Shown: positions 40,458-54,298, numbered from the stretch's first letter. The stretch is DNA of 64,000 nt from an uncultured delta proteobacterium (GCA_963766715.1 CAVYBH010000017.1:89868-153867); one strand, 5' to 3'. Notes: generated by a model from the letters alone, not told the origin. Made by a program: numbers and translations.

Positions 40458-41990
40458 ATGGGTGATCGGATCCTTCACAAGGGCTTGAAGAGCAAGGTGA
40501 TGTCCGCCGAGGCGGCTGCGGCGCTCATCCCGAACGGCAGCGTCGTCGGCATGTCCGGGTTCACCGGCGCCGGCTACCCCAAGGCCGTTCCCATCGCGCT
40601 CTCCAAGCGTGCGCTCGACGAGAAGCTCAAGGGCAAGCCGCTGAAGCTGGACGTCCTCACCGGCGCCTCCACCGGCCCGGAGCAGGACACCATGATGAGC
40701 ACGGTGGAGGCCTCCCGCTTCCGCTTCCCGTACCAGGGCGACGCCGCCACCCGCGAGAAGATCAACGCGGGGCTCATCGAGTACCAGGACATGCACCTGT
40801 CGCACGCCGGCTCGCTGGTCCGGTACGGCTACTACGGCAAGGGCAAGAACAACATCGACTTCGCCGTCATCGAGGTCACCAAGATCAACGAGGACGGAAC
40901 CTGCGTCCCGTCGTCCTCCTGCGGCGCCAACAACGTCTACTTCGAGATGGCCGACAAGATCATCCTCGAGGTGAACAGCTGGCAGGACGAGCGGCTCGAG
41001 GGGATGCACGACATCATCTCCATCCCGGGCGAGCACGGGACGCGCGTCCCGCTGCCCATCCTCAAGACCGACGACCGCAAGGGCTCCAAGTTCTGGAAGT
41101 TCGACGTCAACAAGGTGGTGGCCGTCGTCGAGTCGGCCTTCCCGGACCGCAACGCCCCCTTCAAGCCGCCGGAGGAGATCCACAAGCGGATCGCCGGACA
41201 CATCATCGACTTCCTGTCCGGCGAGGTGAAGGCGGGCCGTCTCTCGAAGCACCTCAACCCGCTGCAGTCGGGCGTCGGCAACATCGCCAACGCCGTGCTG
41301 GTCGGGCTGAACGAGGGCCCCTTCGAGAACATGACCAGCTACACCGAGGTGATCCAGGACGGCATGCTCGACATGCTCGACTCCGGGAAGCTCACCGTGG
41401 CCTCGGCGACCGCCTTCTCCGTCTCCCCCGAGGGGCAGATCCGGTTCAACAAGCAGATCGACGACTACCGGAAGAAGATCATCCTGCGCCCGCAGGAGAT
41501 CTCGAACCACCCGGAGATCATCCGCCGCCTCGGCTGCATCGCCATGAACGGGTTCGTCGAGGCCGACATCTACGGCCACGTGAACTCCACGCACATCGCC
41601 GGCAAGGGCATCGAGAACGGCATCGGCGGTTCGGGTGACTTCGCCCGCAACTCGGCCTACACGATCTTCATGTCCCCGGCCACGGCCAAGGACGGGAAGA
41701 TCTCGGCCATCGTGCCCTTCGCGTCGCACATCGACCACACCGAGCACGAGGTGAACGGCATCGTCACCGAGTTCGGCTTCGCCGACCTCCGCGGCCGCAG
41801 CCCGAAGGAGAAGGCCAAGGAAGTCATCGAGAAGTGCGCGGCCCCCGAGTACCGCCCAATCCTCTGGGACTACGTGAAGCGCTCGATGAAGAACCCCAGC
41901 GCCGGCCTCCACTCGCCGCACATGTTCAGCGAGGCCTTCGCGTTCCACACCCGGTACCTCCAGACCGGCGACATGCGGCCCAAGAAGTAG
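40458..41990 (+). CDS. Acetyl-CoA hydrolase/transferase family protein (succinyl-CoA:acetate/propionate CoA-transferase-like)
   Basis: ATG 40458 is preceded by GAGGAG. MSGFTGAGYPKAVP, ...SGVGNIANAV... and ...GIGGSGDFARNS... are characteristic of the AcetylCoA_hydro N and C domains (ScpC/Cat1/AarC type). The N-terminal 830 aa of ORF 37977..41990 are a shadow of plsB. Confidence 0.85.
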   Translation: MGDRILHKGLKSKVMSAEAAAALIPNGSVVGMSGFTGAGYPKAVPIALSKRALDEKLKGKPLKLDVLTGASTGPEQDTMMSTVEASRFRFPYQGDAATREKINAGLIEYQDMHLSHAGSLVRYGYYGKGKNNIDFAVIEVTKINEDGTCVPSSSCGANNVYFEMADKIILEVNSWQDERLEGMHDIISIPGEHGTRVPLPILKTDDRKGSKFWKFDVNKVVAVVESAFPDRNAPFKPPEEIHKRIAGHIIDFLSGEVKAGRLSKHLNPLQSGVGNIANAVLVGLNEGPFENMTSYTEVIQDGMLDMLDSGKLTVASATAFSVSPEGQIRFNKQIDDYRKKIILRPQEISNHPEIIRRLGCIAMNGFVEADIYGHVNSTHIAGKGIENGIGGSGDFARNSAYTIFMSPATAKDGKISAIVPFASHIDHTEHEVNGIVTEFGFADLRGRSPKEKAKEVIEKCAAPEYRPILWDYVKRSMKNPSAGLHSPHMFSEAFAFHTRYLQTGDMRPKK

Positions 41991-42013
41991 CCACTGCCGC
42001 ACCGAGGCATCCG

Positions 42014-42052
42014 ACGGCCGCTCCGGGAGACCGGGGCGGCCGTTCTCTTTCC
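42014..42052 (+). terminator. Rho-independent terminator after the CoA-transferase gene
   Basis: 13-bp stem acggccgctccgg / ccggggcggccgt (one G-U pair) with a GAGA tetraloop, followed by tctctttcc. Confidence 0.65.
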
Positions 42053-42080
42053 GGCGCCGGCCCGATGGTAGAGTCCCGCC

Positions 42081-42878
42081 ATGCCCCTCGATCTCGACCG
42101 GGCGCTCGCCACCGCCCGCCGCGCGGTGGAGGCCGCCGCCGCCGCCAGCCTCCCGCACTTCCGGACCGGGGTGCGGGTCGAGGTGAAGCCGGACCGCACG
42201 CCGGTGACCGCCGCCGATCGGGACGCCGAGGCCGCCGTGGTGGCCGTGATCCGCGAGGCCTTTCCCACCCACGCCATCCTGGGGGAGGAGAGCGGCGCCC
42301 ATGCGGGAGACGCCGCGACCCGCTGGATCGTCGACCCCATCGACGGGACGCGGGGGTTCACCCGTGGCGGATCCTTCTGGGGCCCGCTCGTGGCCCTCGA
42401 GCACGAGGGGGAGATCGTGGCCGGGGCCATGGCCATGCCCGCCGTGTCCGAGACCTACTGGGCGGCTCGTGGGCGCGGGGCCTGGCTGGGGCGCCCGGGG
42501 TCGGAGCCGGCGCCCCTTCGCGTCTCCGGGATCTCCGACTGGGAGGAGTCGTCCCTCTCCTTCGGCGAGTTCCGCGGGGTCTTCGCCCCGGAGCGGGAGC
42601 ACGCGGTGCTGGGCCTCGCGCGCAGCGCCGCCCAGGCCCGCTGCTACGGGGACCTGGCCGGCGCGGCCATGGTGCTCACCGGACGGGCCGAGGCCTGGAT
42701 CGAGGCCGGCGTGAAGGTCTGGGACATCGCTCCGCTGAAGATCCTGGCGGAGGAGGCGGGCGGCCGGTTCACCGACCTCGCCGGGCGCCCGACGGCCGAC
42801 TCGGGGAACTGCCTGCTCTCGAACGGCCGGGTGCACGACCACGTGCTGCGGGCGCTGGCCGCGCCTTCGTCGACCTGA
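42081..42878 (+). CDS. Inositol monophosphatase family protein (HisN/histidinol-phosphatase-like)
   Basis: Intact 265-aa ORF with motifs ILGEESG, WIVDPIDGTRGF and WDIAPLKILAEEAGG. Confidence 0.85.
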   Translation: MPLDLDRALATARRAVEAAAAASLPHFRTGVRVEVKPDRTPVTAADRDAEAAVVAVIREAFPTHAILGEESGAHAGDAATRWIVDPIDGTRGFTRGGSFWGPLVALEHEGEIVAGAMAMPAVSETYWAARGRGAWLGRPGSEPAPLRVSGISDWEESSLSFGEFRGVFAPEREHAVLGLARSAAQARCYGDLAGAAMVLTGRAEAWIEAGVKVWDIAPLKILAEEAGGRFTDLAGRPTADSGNCLLSNGRVHDHVLRALAAPSST

Positions 42879-43443
42879 GCGGCTTGCGCACGACCGGCCG
42901 GGTCGGGGAACGGCGCGCCACCTCGACGAACCCCTCCCGCGCGAAGGTCGAGGCGAGGCCGGTGTAGAGCCAGGCATCCGCCGTGGCGCCGCGAGGGTCG
43001 ACCGGATAGCCCTCCAGGACCGACGCCCCCGACCTGCGGGCGTGGGCCGCCGCGGCCGCCAGGAGCGCCTGCGTCAGCCCGGTGTGGCGCGCCCGGCGGG
43101 CCACGAAGAAGCAGGTGATCGACCAGACCGGCTCGTCGTCGATCGGCGCGAGCGTCCTGGACCTCGCCAGCCGCGCGTACGCGCTCCTCGGCTCCACGGC
43201 GCACCAGCCCACCGGCCCCTCGGCATCGTAGGCGAGGAGGCCCGGGACCAGGCCGTCCCGGACCTGGCGCCGCATGGCCTCGCGATTCCCCTCCCCCTTG
43301 CCGCGCTCGAACTCCGGGCGCGTCGTCTTCCACCAGGCGCACCAGCAACCCGCGCAGGCGCCGCGGGGACCGAAGAGCGTCTCCAGATCGGCAAGCCGCC
43401 CGGGGACGAGCGGCCGGAAGGTGATTCGCGGGCGGGCACCCAC
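42769..43443 (-). CDS. GNAT family N-acetyltransferase with an unusually long 3' extension
   Basis: GTG 43443 is preceded by GGAGG (5-nt spacer), directly after the AAA gene stop. Core: ...GWCAVEPRSAYARL...ITCFFVARRARHTGLTQALL...GASVLEGYPV...GFVEVARRSPTRPV. There is no stop until 42769, so the tail overlaps the convergent phosphatase gene by 110 bp. Confidence 0.6.
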   Translation of the reverse strand: MGARPRITFRPLVPGRLADLETLFGPRGACAGCWCAWWKTTRPEFERGKGEGNREAMRRQVRDGLVPGLLAYDAEGPVGWCAVEPRSAYARLARSRTLAPIDDEPVWSITCFFVARRARHTGLTQALLAAAAAHARRSGASVLEGYPVDPRGATADAWLYTGLASTFAREGFVEVARRSPTRPVVRKPLRSTKARPAPAARGRAPGRSRAGSSPSRPSGARRGR

Positions 43444-43454
43444 GGCGGCCTCCG

Positions 43455-44940
43455 TCAGGGAGCGGCGCGCCGGAAGAGGTCGACGACGGCGCCCTCGCGC
43501 CCGGCCGCGCGCGCCCGGCCAATCGACCACTCCCGCAGCGCCTTGATCTCCTCCTCGTAGGTCTTGAAGAGCGGCACGAGGTCCTGCGCCACGCGGCGGA
43601 GATCGGTGATCTCGACCTCGCGCCCCTGCGAGAAGGCGCGGTGCAGCGCGCCCACCACCACCTGCTCGAGCTCGGCGCCGGAGAAGTGCTCGCAGGCATC
43701 GGCGAGCAGGCCCAGGTCGAACCGCTCCGGCACGCGGCCTCGCTTCTGGAGGTGGAGCGCCAGGATGGCCCGGCGGGCGGCGGCATCGGGCAGGTCGACG
43801 AAGAAGAGCTCGTCGAAGCGCCCGCGCCGGAGCAGCTCCGGCGGCAGCCGGGACACGTCGTTGGCGGTGGCCACCGCGAAGACCTCGCCCTCCCGCTCCT
43901 GCAGCCAGGTGGAGAAGGAGCCCAGCAACCGGGCGGCGCGCGAGTCGGCGCCCTGCCCCGGCCCGCTCCCGGCGAAGGCCTTCTCGATCTCGTCGACCCA
44001 GACCGCCACCGGCGCCACGGCCTCCGCCGCGGACAGGGCCCGGGCCAGGTTCTCCTCGGCCCCCTCGGCGGCGCCCAGGACGCGCGGGAGGTCGAGCCGG
44101 AGCAGGGGCACGCCGAGCTGCGCCGCCGCCACCTTGGCCGCCAGCGACTTCCCGCAGCCCTGCACGCCGACGAGCAGCACGCCGCGCGGCGCCGGGAGCC
44201 CGAAGGCCCGGGCGTCCGGTGCGAAGGATTGCGCCCGCTCCTCCATCCAGGTCTTGAAGGTCTCGAGCCCGCCCAGCGACTCGGGAGCCTCGCGGGTCTC
44301 CACCAGCTCGAGACCCAGGTCCCGCGCCAGGATCCGCTTCTTCTCCCCGAGCACCAGGTCGGCGGCCGCGAGCCCCAGGGCGGGGTCGGCCCGCAGCGCC
44401 CGGAGGAAGGCCCGGCGGGCCTGGCTCTCGGTGAGGCCGCGCGCCGCGACGAGCACGCGGTGGCGGTCGGCCTGCGAGGCGCCACCCGGCGGGGCGAGCG
44501 CGTCGAGCAGCACCGCGAGCTCGGCCGCCGACGGGCAGCGGCAGCCGGATCACCGCCGCCTCCGCCGCCAGCCCGGGCGGGATGGCCAGGCGGGGCGCCA
44601 CCACGGCCAGGCAGCGCCCCTCCGCGGTCAGGCGCGGCAGCGCGTCCCGGATCACCCGGACCACGCCGGGATCCTCGAGGGCCTCGTGGAAGTCGAGCAG
44701 CACGGCCAGGAAGGGCGCCGGGGCCTGGAGGACGGCCTCGATCGCCGCGATGGGCGTCTTCGCCAGCGGGGCGATGGGGTCGAGCCCCCGCACGCTGGAC
44801 CAGACCGCGACGTTGGCGTCGAACCCGTCCGCGGCGGCCCGGCAGACCGCCACCGCCCGCTCCTCCTCGGCGGTCACCAGGTAGACGATCGGCGTGCCGG
44901 CCGACCAGAGCTCCGCGATCTCGGCCTGGGGCGAGGTCAT
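43455..44940 (-). pseudogene. AAA+ ATPase (single active AAA module with ~230-aa N-terminal domain); frame broken once (~44535)
   Basis: ATG 44940 overlaps the GspE-like stop (ATGA). The N-terminal part MTSPQAEIAELWSAGTPIVYLVTAEEE...AAVIRLPLP continues after a +1 jump as SAAELAVLLDAL... (ORF 43455..44513). Walker A: GVQGCGKS. Walker B: VAVWVDEIEK. Also ...ATANDVSRLPPELLRRGRFDE. Confidence 0.75.
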
Positions 44941-46761
44941 CGCTGTCCTTCCGCATCGGCCGTCGAGCGCATGGCCTCCTCGAAGGAGGTCGCCCCCGAG
45001 GCCACCTTGAGGACGGCGTGCTCGCGCAGGGTGCGCAGGCCGTCCTGGCGGGCCGTCCGGGCCAGCACCTCGGGGGTCGCCCCCTCGGCGATGAGGTGGC
45101 GGAGCCGGTGGTTGACCGAGAGGATCTCGAAGATCCCGGTGCGCCCGAAGAACCCGGTGAAGCGGCACCGGGGGCAGCCGACGCCCTTGCGGGCGATGAG
45201 CTTGCCGGCGTGCTCCTCGGGGTGCCGGACGCCGAGCTCGGCCACCTGGTCGGCCGTGAGCAGGACGTCCTCCGCGCAGCTCGGGCAGACGCCCGCGCAC
45301 CAGCCGCTGGGCCACCACGCCGGTCAGCGTCGCGGCGATGAGGAACCCGGGAACGCCCAGGTCCCGGAGACGCGCCACCGCGCCGACCGAGTCGCTGGTG
45401 TGGAGCGTCGTCAGCACCAGGTGCCCGGTGAGGGCCGCCTGGACGGCCTGGGAGGCCGTCTCCGCATCCCGGATCTCGCCCACCATGACCACGTCGGGAT
45501 CCTGGCGGAGCACGTGGCGCAGCGCCTCGGCGAAGCCGGTGCCGGTCTTGGGGTTGGCCGCGATCTGGTTGAACTCCTCGTGAACCATCTCGATGGGGTC
45601 CTCGATGGTCACGATGTTGATCTCCGGCGAGGCCAGCGCCTCCAGCGCGGAGTAGAGCGTGGTGGTCTTGCCCGATCCGGTCGGGCCGGTGACCACCACC
45701 ATGCCGTGCGGCCGCTCCAGCCAGCGCTCGAGGCGATCGCGCTCGTCGGGCAGGAATCCCAGCTCGGAGAGGTCGCGCACCAGGATCTGCTGGTCGAGCA
45801 CCCGGACCACCACCTTGTCGCCGAAGGCGGTGGGGATGGTGGAGACGCGGAGCTCCATCTCGGTCTCGCCCCGCGCCGTCCGGATGCGCCCGTCCTGCGG
45901 GCGCCGGGCGGCGATGTCGAGGCGGGCCATGATCTTCAGCCGGTTGACGATGGCCCCGTGCACGCTCTTGGGGACCCGGTAGACCGGGTGGAGGACCCCG
46001 TCGATCCGCATGCGGATGATGCTCTCCTCGCGCCGCGGCTCCACGTGGATGTCGCTGGCCCGCTGCTCGAAGGCGTAGTGGAGCAGGTACTCGACCGCGG
46101 CCACGACCGGCTCGCTGGAGGCCTCGAGCGCGTCGAGCCCGGACAGGTCGACGAACTGCTCGAGGTTCCCCACGTCCACCACCCCGCCCTCGACGCGGGA
46201 CTGCGCCTCGCGGATCTGCTCGCGGAAGCCGTAGATCTCGGCGATGGCGCGGTGGATGTCGGCGGGCGCGGAGAGCACCGGCTCGATGGCCATCCCGGTG
46301 AGCCCGTGCAGGTTCTCGAAGAGCTCCCGGTCGAACGGATTGGCCGTCGCGACCACGAGCGCGCCGTTGCGCTTCTCGATCGGGAGCACCGCGTGCTTGC
46401 GCGCGAACGGCCGCGAGAGCGTCCGGGTGATGAGCTGGACGTCGAGCTTGAGCGGGTCGACCTTGACGTACGGGACGCCGGTCGACTCGGCGAGCGCCTT
46501 GGTGATCCGGTCCTCGTCGATCCGGTCGGTCTCGCGCCGGGCGTCGAAGAAGCCGAAGGAGGAGAGCAGCTCGACCGGCGACAGGTCGGCGCGGCGCAGG
46601 GCGCGCCCGTCCCGTCCGGCGGACTCGCGGAGCAGCTTCGCCCGCTGCACGTTCTCGCGCCCGGTGGCGATCTTGCGGTCCTCGGGGCGCAGGATCCCCT
46701 GGCGCTGGAGCGCCTCGGTGACGAAATCGAGGTTGAAATCGCTGGCGCGATGGCTTCGCAT
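44937..46761 (-). pseudogene. GspE/PilB-family secretion ATPase; frame broken once (~45293)
   Basis: T2SSE N-terminal domain (...VPYVKVDPLKLD...ALVVATANPFD...), Walker A GPTGSGKTTT, Asp box, Walker B VVMVGEIRD, and His box LTGHLVLTTLHT. After ...GVVAQRLVR a +1 jump leads to ...VCPSCAEDV...GCPRCRFTGF...* (ORF 44937..45245), which completes the tetracysteine motif. Confidence 0.85.
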
Positions 46762-46858
46762 GCCGCACGGATCCTATCGCGGCTGGCCCCGGGGAGCGAG
46801 GTGGCGTCCTCGAGGCGGTATCGCTCGTTTCCGCGCGACCGCGCGGATGTCAGATGGC

Positions 46859-47068
46859 TCAGCCGACCGGCCCACACCCGGGGGAGGCGCTGGCCGGACT
46901 GGCCCCGCCCCCCTCGCCGGACGAATGGGCGGCCGGGCGCGACATCCGCTTCTCGACCCGCTTGCCCTTGCAGGCGGGACAGCGGACGTCGGCCTCGTCG
47001 GAGCGGCGCAGCACCAGCTCCTCGAAATCGCGCTGGCAGGCCTTGCAGCTGTACTCGTAGATGGGCAT
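46859..47068 (-). CDS. FmdB family zinc-ribbon protein
   Basis: ATG 47068. MPIYEYSCKACQRDFE...VRCPACKG is the FmdB/CxxC_CxxC_SSSS signature. The remainder of ORF 46859..47800 is a shadow of ppa. Confidence 0.75.
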   Translation of the reverse strand: MPIYEYSCKACQRDFEELVLRRSDEADVRCPACKGKRVEKRMSRPAAHSSGEGGGASPASASPGCGPVG

Positions 47069-47112
47069 CGGCCGTGAGAGCCAGCCCGGCCCGGCAGGAT
47101 TCGCGCCGGCCC

Positions 47113-47700
47113 CTACTTCGTCTTCTTCCGCCCCTTCTTGGGGGCCTGGGCCGAGTTTCCGCGGAGCCAATCGACCTCCCGGTCGTACAGCCGGATGGCG
47201 CCGCGCAGCACCTCCATCGCCTCGCTCCGCCCCTGGGGCTCGCGGACCAGCACCTTCTTGTGCTCGAGCGCCTTGTAGTCCTCGAAGAAGCGCTTGAGCT
47301 CCCGCATCCGGTGGGCCGGCATCTCGGAGATGTCGGAGATGTCCGCGTACTCGGGGTCGTCGGCGGAGACGGCGACGAGCTTGTCGTCCTCGCCCTTGTC
47401 GTCGCGCATGCGCATCACGCCGATGACCTTGGCCTGCATGATGGCCAGCGGGACGATGTGCTCCTGGCAGTAGACGAGGATGTCCAGCGGATCCCCGTCG
47501 TCGCAGTAGGTGCGGGGGACGAAGCCGTAGTTGGCGGGATAGTGGACCGCGCTGAAGAGGATCCGGTCGACGCGGAGCAGGCCGCTCGCCTTGTCCAGCT
47601 CGTACTTCACCTTCGATCCGGTGGGGATCTCGATGATCGCGGGGATCGACTCCTCCGAGTATCGGGGGAGCTTCACGTCGTGCCACGGGTGGAAGGACAT
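47113..47700 (-). CDS. ppa: Inorganic pyrophosphatase (family I)
   Basis: Intact 195-aa ORF with [24 protein letters not shown] and DGDPLDILV, plus a Lys-rich tail. Confidence 0.95.
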   Translation of the reverse strand: MSFHPWHDVKLPRYSEESIPAIIEIPTGSKVKYELDKASGLLRVDRILFSAVHYPANYGFVPRTYCDDGDPLDILVYCQEHIVPLAIMQAKVIGVMRMRDDKGEDDKLVAVSADDPEYADISDISEMPAHRMRELKRFFEDYKALEHKKVLVREPQGRSEAMEVLRGAIRLYDREVDWLRGNSAQAPKKGRKKTK

Positions 47701-47733
47701 TCGGTCTCCGGTTCGCCGGGAATCGGGCGCGGG

Positions 47734-48620
<887 letters not shown>

Positions 48621-48624
<4 letters not shown>

Positions 48625-50705
48625 GGATCTCTCCGGGGTGAGGGCACCTTAAGGTCGACGCCCATTTCGGGCAACTTCGCCTCCTCGCCTTCCTCGGCGA
48701 GGAGCGCGTCCACCTCGGCCTCTCCCGGCTCGAGCGCGACCACGGAGTCCGGGCGGTGGAAGAATTCCCGGACCAGGCGGGCCTGGGCCGGCCCGATCCC
48801 CTCGACCTGGGCGATCTCCGCCTCGGTCGCCTCGCGCACGCGGCGCAGCAATCCGAAGTGACGGAGCAGCGCCTTGCGCCGCAGGTCGCCGATCCCGGGG
48901 ATCTCGTCCAGCACGGATCGGAGGTTCTGGACCCGCCGCAGCTTGCGGTGGAACTCGATGGCGAAGCGGTGGGCCTCGTCCCGCAGCCGCACGAGCAGGT
49001 AGAGCTCGGCGGAGTTCTGGCGCAGCACGACCGGATCCTTCCGGCCGGGGACGAAGATCCGCTCCGGCGTGCGAGCCGCCTCGGCGACGAAGCCCTTCCC
49101 GGCCCGCTCCGCGGCCTCGGCCAGGCCCGCGCTCCGCGACGATCGGCGCGAGATCACCCGGGTCGTCGAGAGCGCGGTGGCGTCCAGGTTGCGGCTCTTG
49201 GCCAGTCCCACCATCTGCACGAAGGGCAGGCCGGGGTTCCCGGGATCCGGCTTCGTCGGAACCCCCAGGTCGTGCGCCGCCGCGAGCGCCGCGGCCAGCT
49301 GCCCCTTGCCGCCGTCGATGACGAGCAGGTCGGGCATGGCCCCCTCGGCCAGCGCCCGGCGCAGCCGCCGGGTCACCACCTCGTGGAGCATGGCGAAGTC
49401 GTCCTGGCCGGCGACGCCCCGCACCTTGTAGCGCCGGTAGCCGTCCCGATCGGGCTCTCCATCCCGCATGGACACGCCCGAGCCCACCGCCAGCGATCCC
49501 TGGAAGGTGGAGATGTCGTAGCACTCCATCCAGCGCGGCTCCCGGGCCAGGTGGAGCGCCCGGGTGAGCGCGGCGAGCGCGTCGTCGCGCCGGCCGCCCT
49601 CCTCCCGCCAGCTCCGGAACGACTGCTCCGCGTTGCGATTCGCCACGTCCAGGAGATCGGCCTTGGCGCCCCGCTGCGGGAAGAGGAGCCGGACCTTGCG
49701 GCCGCGCCGTTCGCCGAGCACCTCGGCCAGCGCGTCCACGTTGGCGGGCTCGATGGGGAGCAGGACCTCGTCGGGCGGCGCCACCCGCTCGTAGTAGAGG
49801 GAGAGGAACGAGGAGAGGAGCTCGTCGCCGGGGAACTCCTGGCCGGCGAACGGGTGGGCCCGGGAGTCGAGGAGCTTGCCCCCCCGCATCGAGAGCACCT
49901 GGAAGACCAGGTCGGGCCCCTCGCGGTGGATGCCCAGCACGTCCCGGTCGGCCCGGTCGTCCATCAGGACGCGCTGGGTCTCCAGGCTCCGCGCCACCGC
50001 CCGGAGCTGGTCGCGCACCCGGGCCGCCTCCTCGAACCGGAGCGCCGCCGCGGACTCCCGCATGCGCGCCGCCAGCCGCTCGGCGAGCTCCCCTTCCCTG
50101 CCCTCCAGGAAGGCCACGGCGTCGTCCACGCTCCGTCCGTACTCCTCGGGCGAGACGTCGTAGACGCAAGGGGCCGGGCAGCGGTGGATCTGGTAGAGGA
50201 TGCAGGGGCGCTTGCGGTGGTCGAAGACGTGATCGGTGCAGGTCCGCAGCTGGAACCAGCGGTTCACCACGCGCAGGGTCTCCCGGATGGAGCTGGCGCT
50301 CGAGTAGGGGCCGAACCAGCGCGCCCCGTCGTCCTTGCGCTGCCGGGCGCGGCTCACCTCCAGGCGGGGGAACGGGTGGCGGGTGTCGAGGCGCAGGACG
50401 ATGAAGTCCTTGTCGTCGCGCAGCCGGACGTTGAAGCGCGGCTTGTGCTTCTTGATGAGCTCGTTCTCGAGGAGGACCGCCTCCTTCTCGGATCGGGTCA
50501 CCACCACGTCGAGGTCGCCCAGCAGCCCGTCGAGGAGCGGGATGAAGTGGCGGTCGTCGCCGCTGGCGTCGAAGTAGCTGCGGACCCGGGAGCGGAGCGA
50601 GGCCGCCTTGCCCACGTACACGACCTCGCCGGCCCGGTCCTTCATGAGATAGACCCCGGGCTGGTGGGGCAGGTCGTCGATCTTCCTCCGGAGCGCGGCG
50701 TCCAT
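48621..50705 (-). CDS. uvrC: Excinuclease ABC subunit C
   Basis: ATG 50705. GIY-YIG motif: [28 protein letters not shown] domain: [11 protein letters not shown]. Endonuclease V-like region and C-terminal (HhH)2: [20 protein letters not shown]. It is intact. Confidence 0.9.
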
Positions 50706-50722
50706 GGGCGGGAGGTCCCGGA

Positions 50723-52811
<2,089 letters not shown>

Positions 52812-52840
52812 CGGGGAATCCTAACGGCCGGAGCGCTCCG

Positions 52841-54289
52841 CTACTCGACCTTCCAGGTGGTGCCGGAAGGGCCGTCCATCAGGGCCACGCCCATGGCCGC
52901 CAGCTCGGCGCGAACCGCGTCGGAGCGGGCGAAGTCCTTGGCGGCGCGCGCGGCGGTGCGCTCGGCAATCCGGGCCTCGACGAGCGCCGGGTCGATGCCC
53001 CGCCGCAGGACGGCGCGGGCCCGCAGCGCCTCCAGGGCGGCCGAGGTCGGCCGCTGCAGGATCCCGAGCTCCGCACCGACCGAGCGGGCATTCCGCGCGA
53101 ACCGCGCCAGGGCCGCGCGATCCTCCGGGCTCTTCTTGCCCTTGCGGTCGGCGTCGGCGTTGGCGACCGTGAAGGCGTCGGCGAGGATGCCCAGCACCGC
53201 TGCGGTGTTGAAGTCGTCGTCGAGCACGGCCCGCGCCTCCTCGGCCCAGGCCGAGATCCCGGGCCCCGGCTCGGCGCCCGCGGCGATCCGATCGGCCTTC
53301 TCCAGCGTCTCGTAGAGGTATCCGAGGCGCCGCTCGGCGTCGGCCAGCAGCCCGTCGGAGAAGTTGATGGGATTGCGGTAGTGGGTGCCGAGCAGGAGGA
53401 GGCGAAGCCCCTCGGCGTCGTGGCGCCGGAGCACGTCCTTCACCGTGAAGAAGTTGCCCAGCGACTTGGACATCTTCTCGTTGTCGAGCTCGACGAACCC
53501 GTTGTGCATCCAGTACCGGGCGAAGTCCTCCGGCTCGAGCCGCTCGGAGAGGGCCGCCGCCGACTGGGCAATCTCGTTGGTGTGGTGCGGGAAGACCAGG
53601 TCCTTGCCCCCGGTGTGGATGTCGAACGGGGCGCCCAGGTGCTCGAGCGTCATGGCCGAGCACTCGATGTGCCACCCCGGCCGTCCCTTCCCCCACGGGG
53701 AATCCCAGGCCGGCTCGCCGGGCTTGGCCCCCTTCCAGAGGGCGAAGTCGAGAGGGTCCCGCTTGGATTCGCCGGGCTCGACCCGCGCCCCGGACTCCAG
53801 GTCGTCGAGGTTCCGCCGGGAGAGCCGCGTGTAGGCCGGGAACTTCCGGACCGCGTAGTAGACGTCGCCTCTCCCGTCCGGGTAGGCGAAGCCGCGCGCG
53901 ACGAGCCGCTCGATGAGGGCCACGATCCCTGGCATGGAGCTGCTGACCCGGGGCGCGGCGTCGGGGCGCGCGCAGCCCATCGCGTCCATGTCCTCCAGGA
54001 AGGAATCGGCGTACCGGGAGGCGAACGCGACCGGATCCTCGCCCCCCTCGGCGGCGCGCCGGATGATCTTGTCGTCGACGTCGGTGAAGTTGCGGACGTA
54101 CTTCACCTCGAACCCGCGAGCGCGCAGGTGGCGGACCACCACGTCCCAGACCACGTAGCAGCGCGCGTGCCCGAGGTGGGCGTGATCGTAGACCGTGGGG
54201 CCGCAGACGTAGAGGCCGACCTTGCCCGGGACGATGGGGTGGAACTCGCGCTTCTCGCCGGCGAGCGTGTCGTAGATCTGGATGGCCAT
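52841..54289 (-). CDS. cysS: Cysteine--tRNA ligase
   Basis: Intact 482-aa ORF with HIGH-type HLGHAR, zinc-ligand cysteines, KMSKS, and a C-terminal DALR-2-like region. Confidence 0.95.
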   Translation of the reverse strand: MAIQIYDTLAGEKREFHPIVPGKVGLYVCGPTVYDHAHLGHARCYVVWDVVVRHLRARGFEVKYVRNFTDVDDKIIRRAAEGGEDPVAFASRYADSFLEDMDAMGCARPDAAPRVSSSMPGIVALIERLVARGFAYPDGRGDVYYAVRKFPAYTRLSRRNLDDLESGARVEPGESKRDPLDFALWKGAKPGEPAWDSPWGKGRPGWHIECSAMTLEHLGAPFDIHTGGKDLVFPHHTNEIAQSAAALSERLEPEDFARYWMHNGFVELDNEKMSKSLGNFFTVKDVLRRHDAEGLRLLLLGTHYRNPINFSDGLLADAERRLGYLYETLEKADRIAAGAEPGPGISAWAEEARAVLDDDFNTAAVLGILADAFTVANADADRKGKKSPEDRAALARFARNARSVGAELGILQRPTSAALEALRARAVLRRGIDPALVEARIAERTAARAAKDFARSDAVRAELAAMGVALMDGPSGTTWKVE

Positions 54290-54298
54290 CTCGGTCGC

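Noticed and set aside
42644-46768. 1330- and 1374-aa ORFs covering the GspE-like, AAA and GNAT region
   Set aside because: They are read-through composites. Only segments of each frame look like protein, and the rest is Arg/Ala/Gly/Pro-rich. They resolve into three genes with their own starts.
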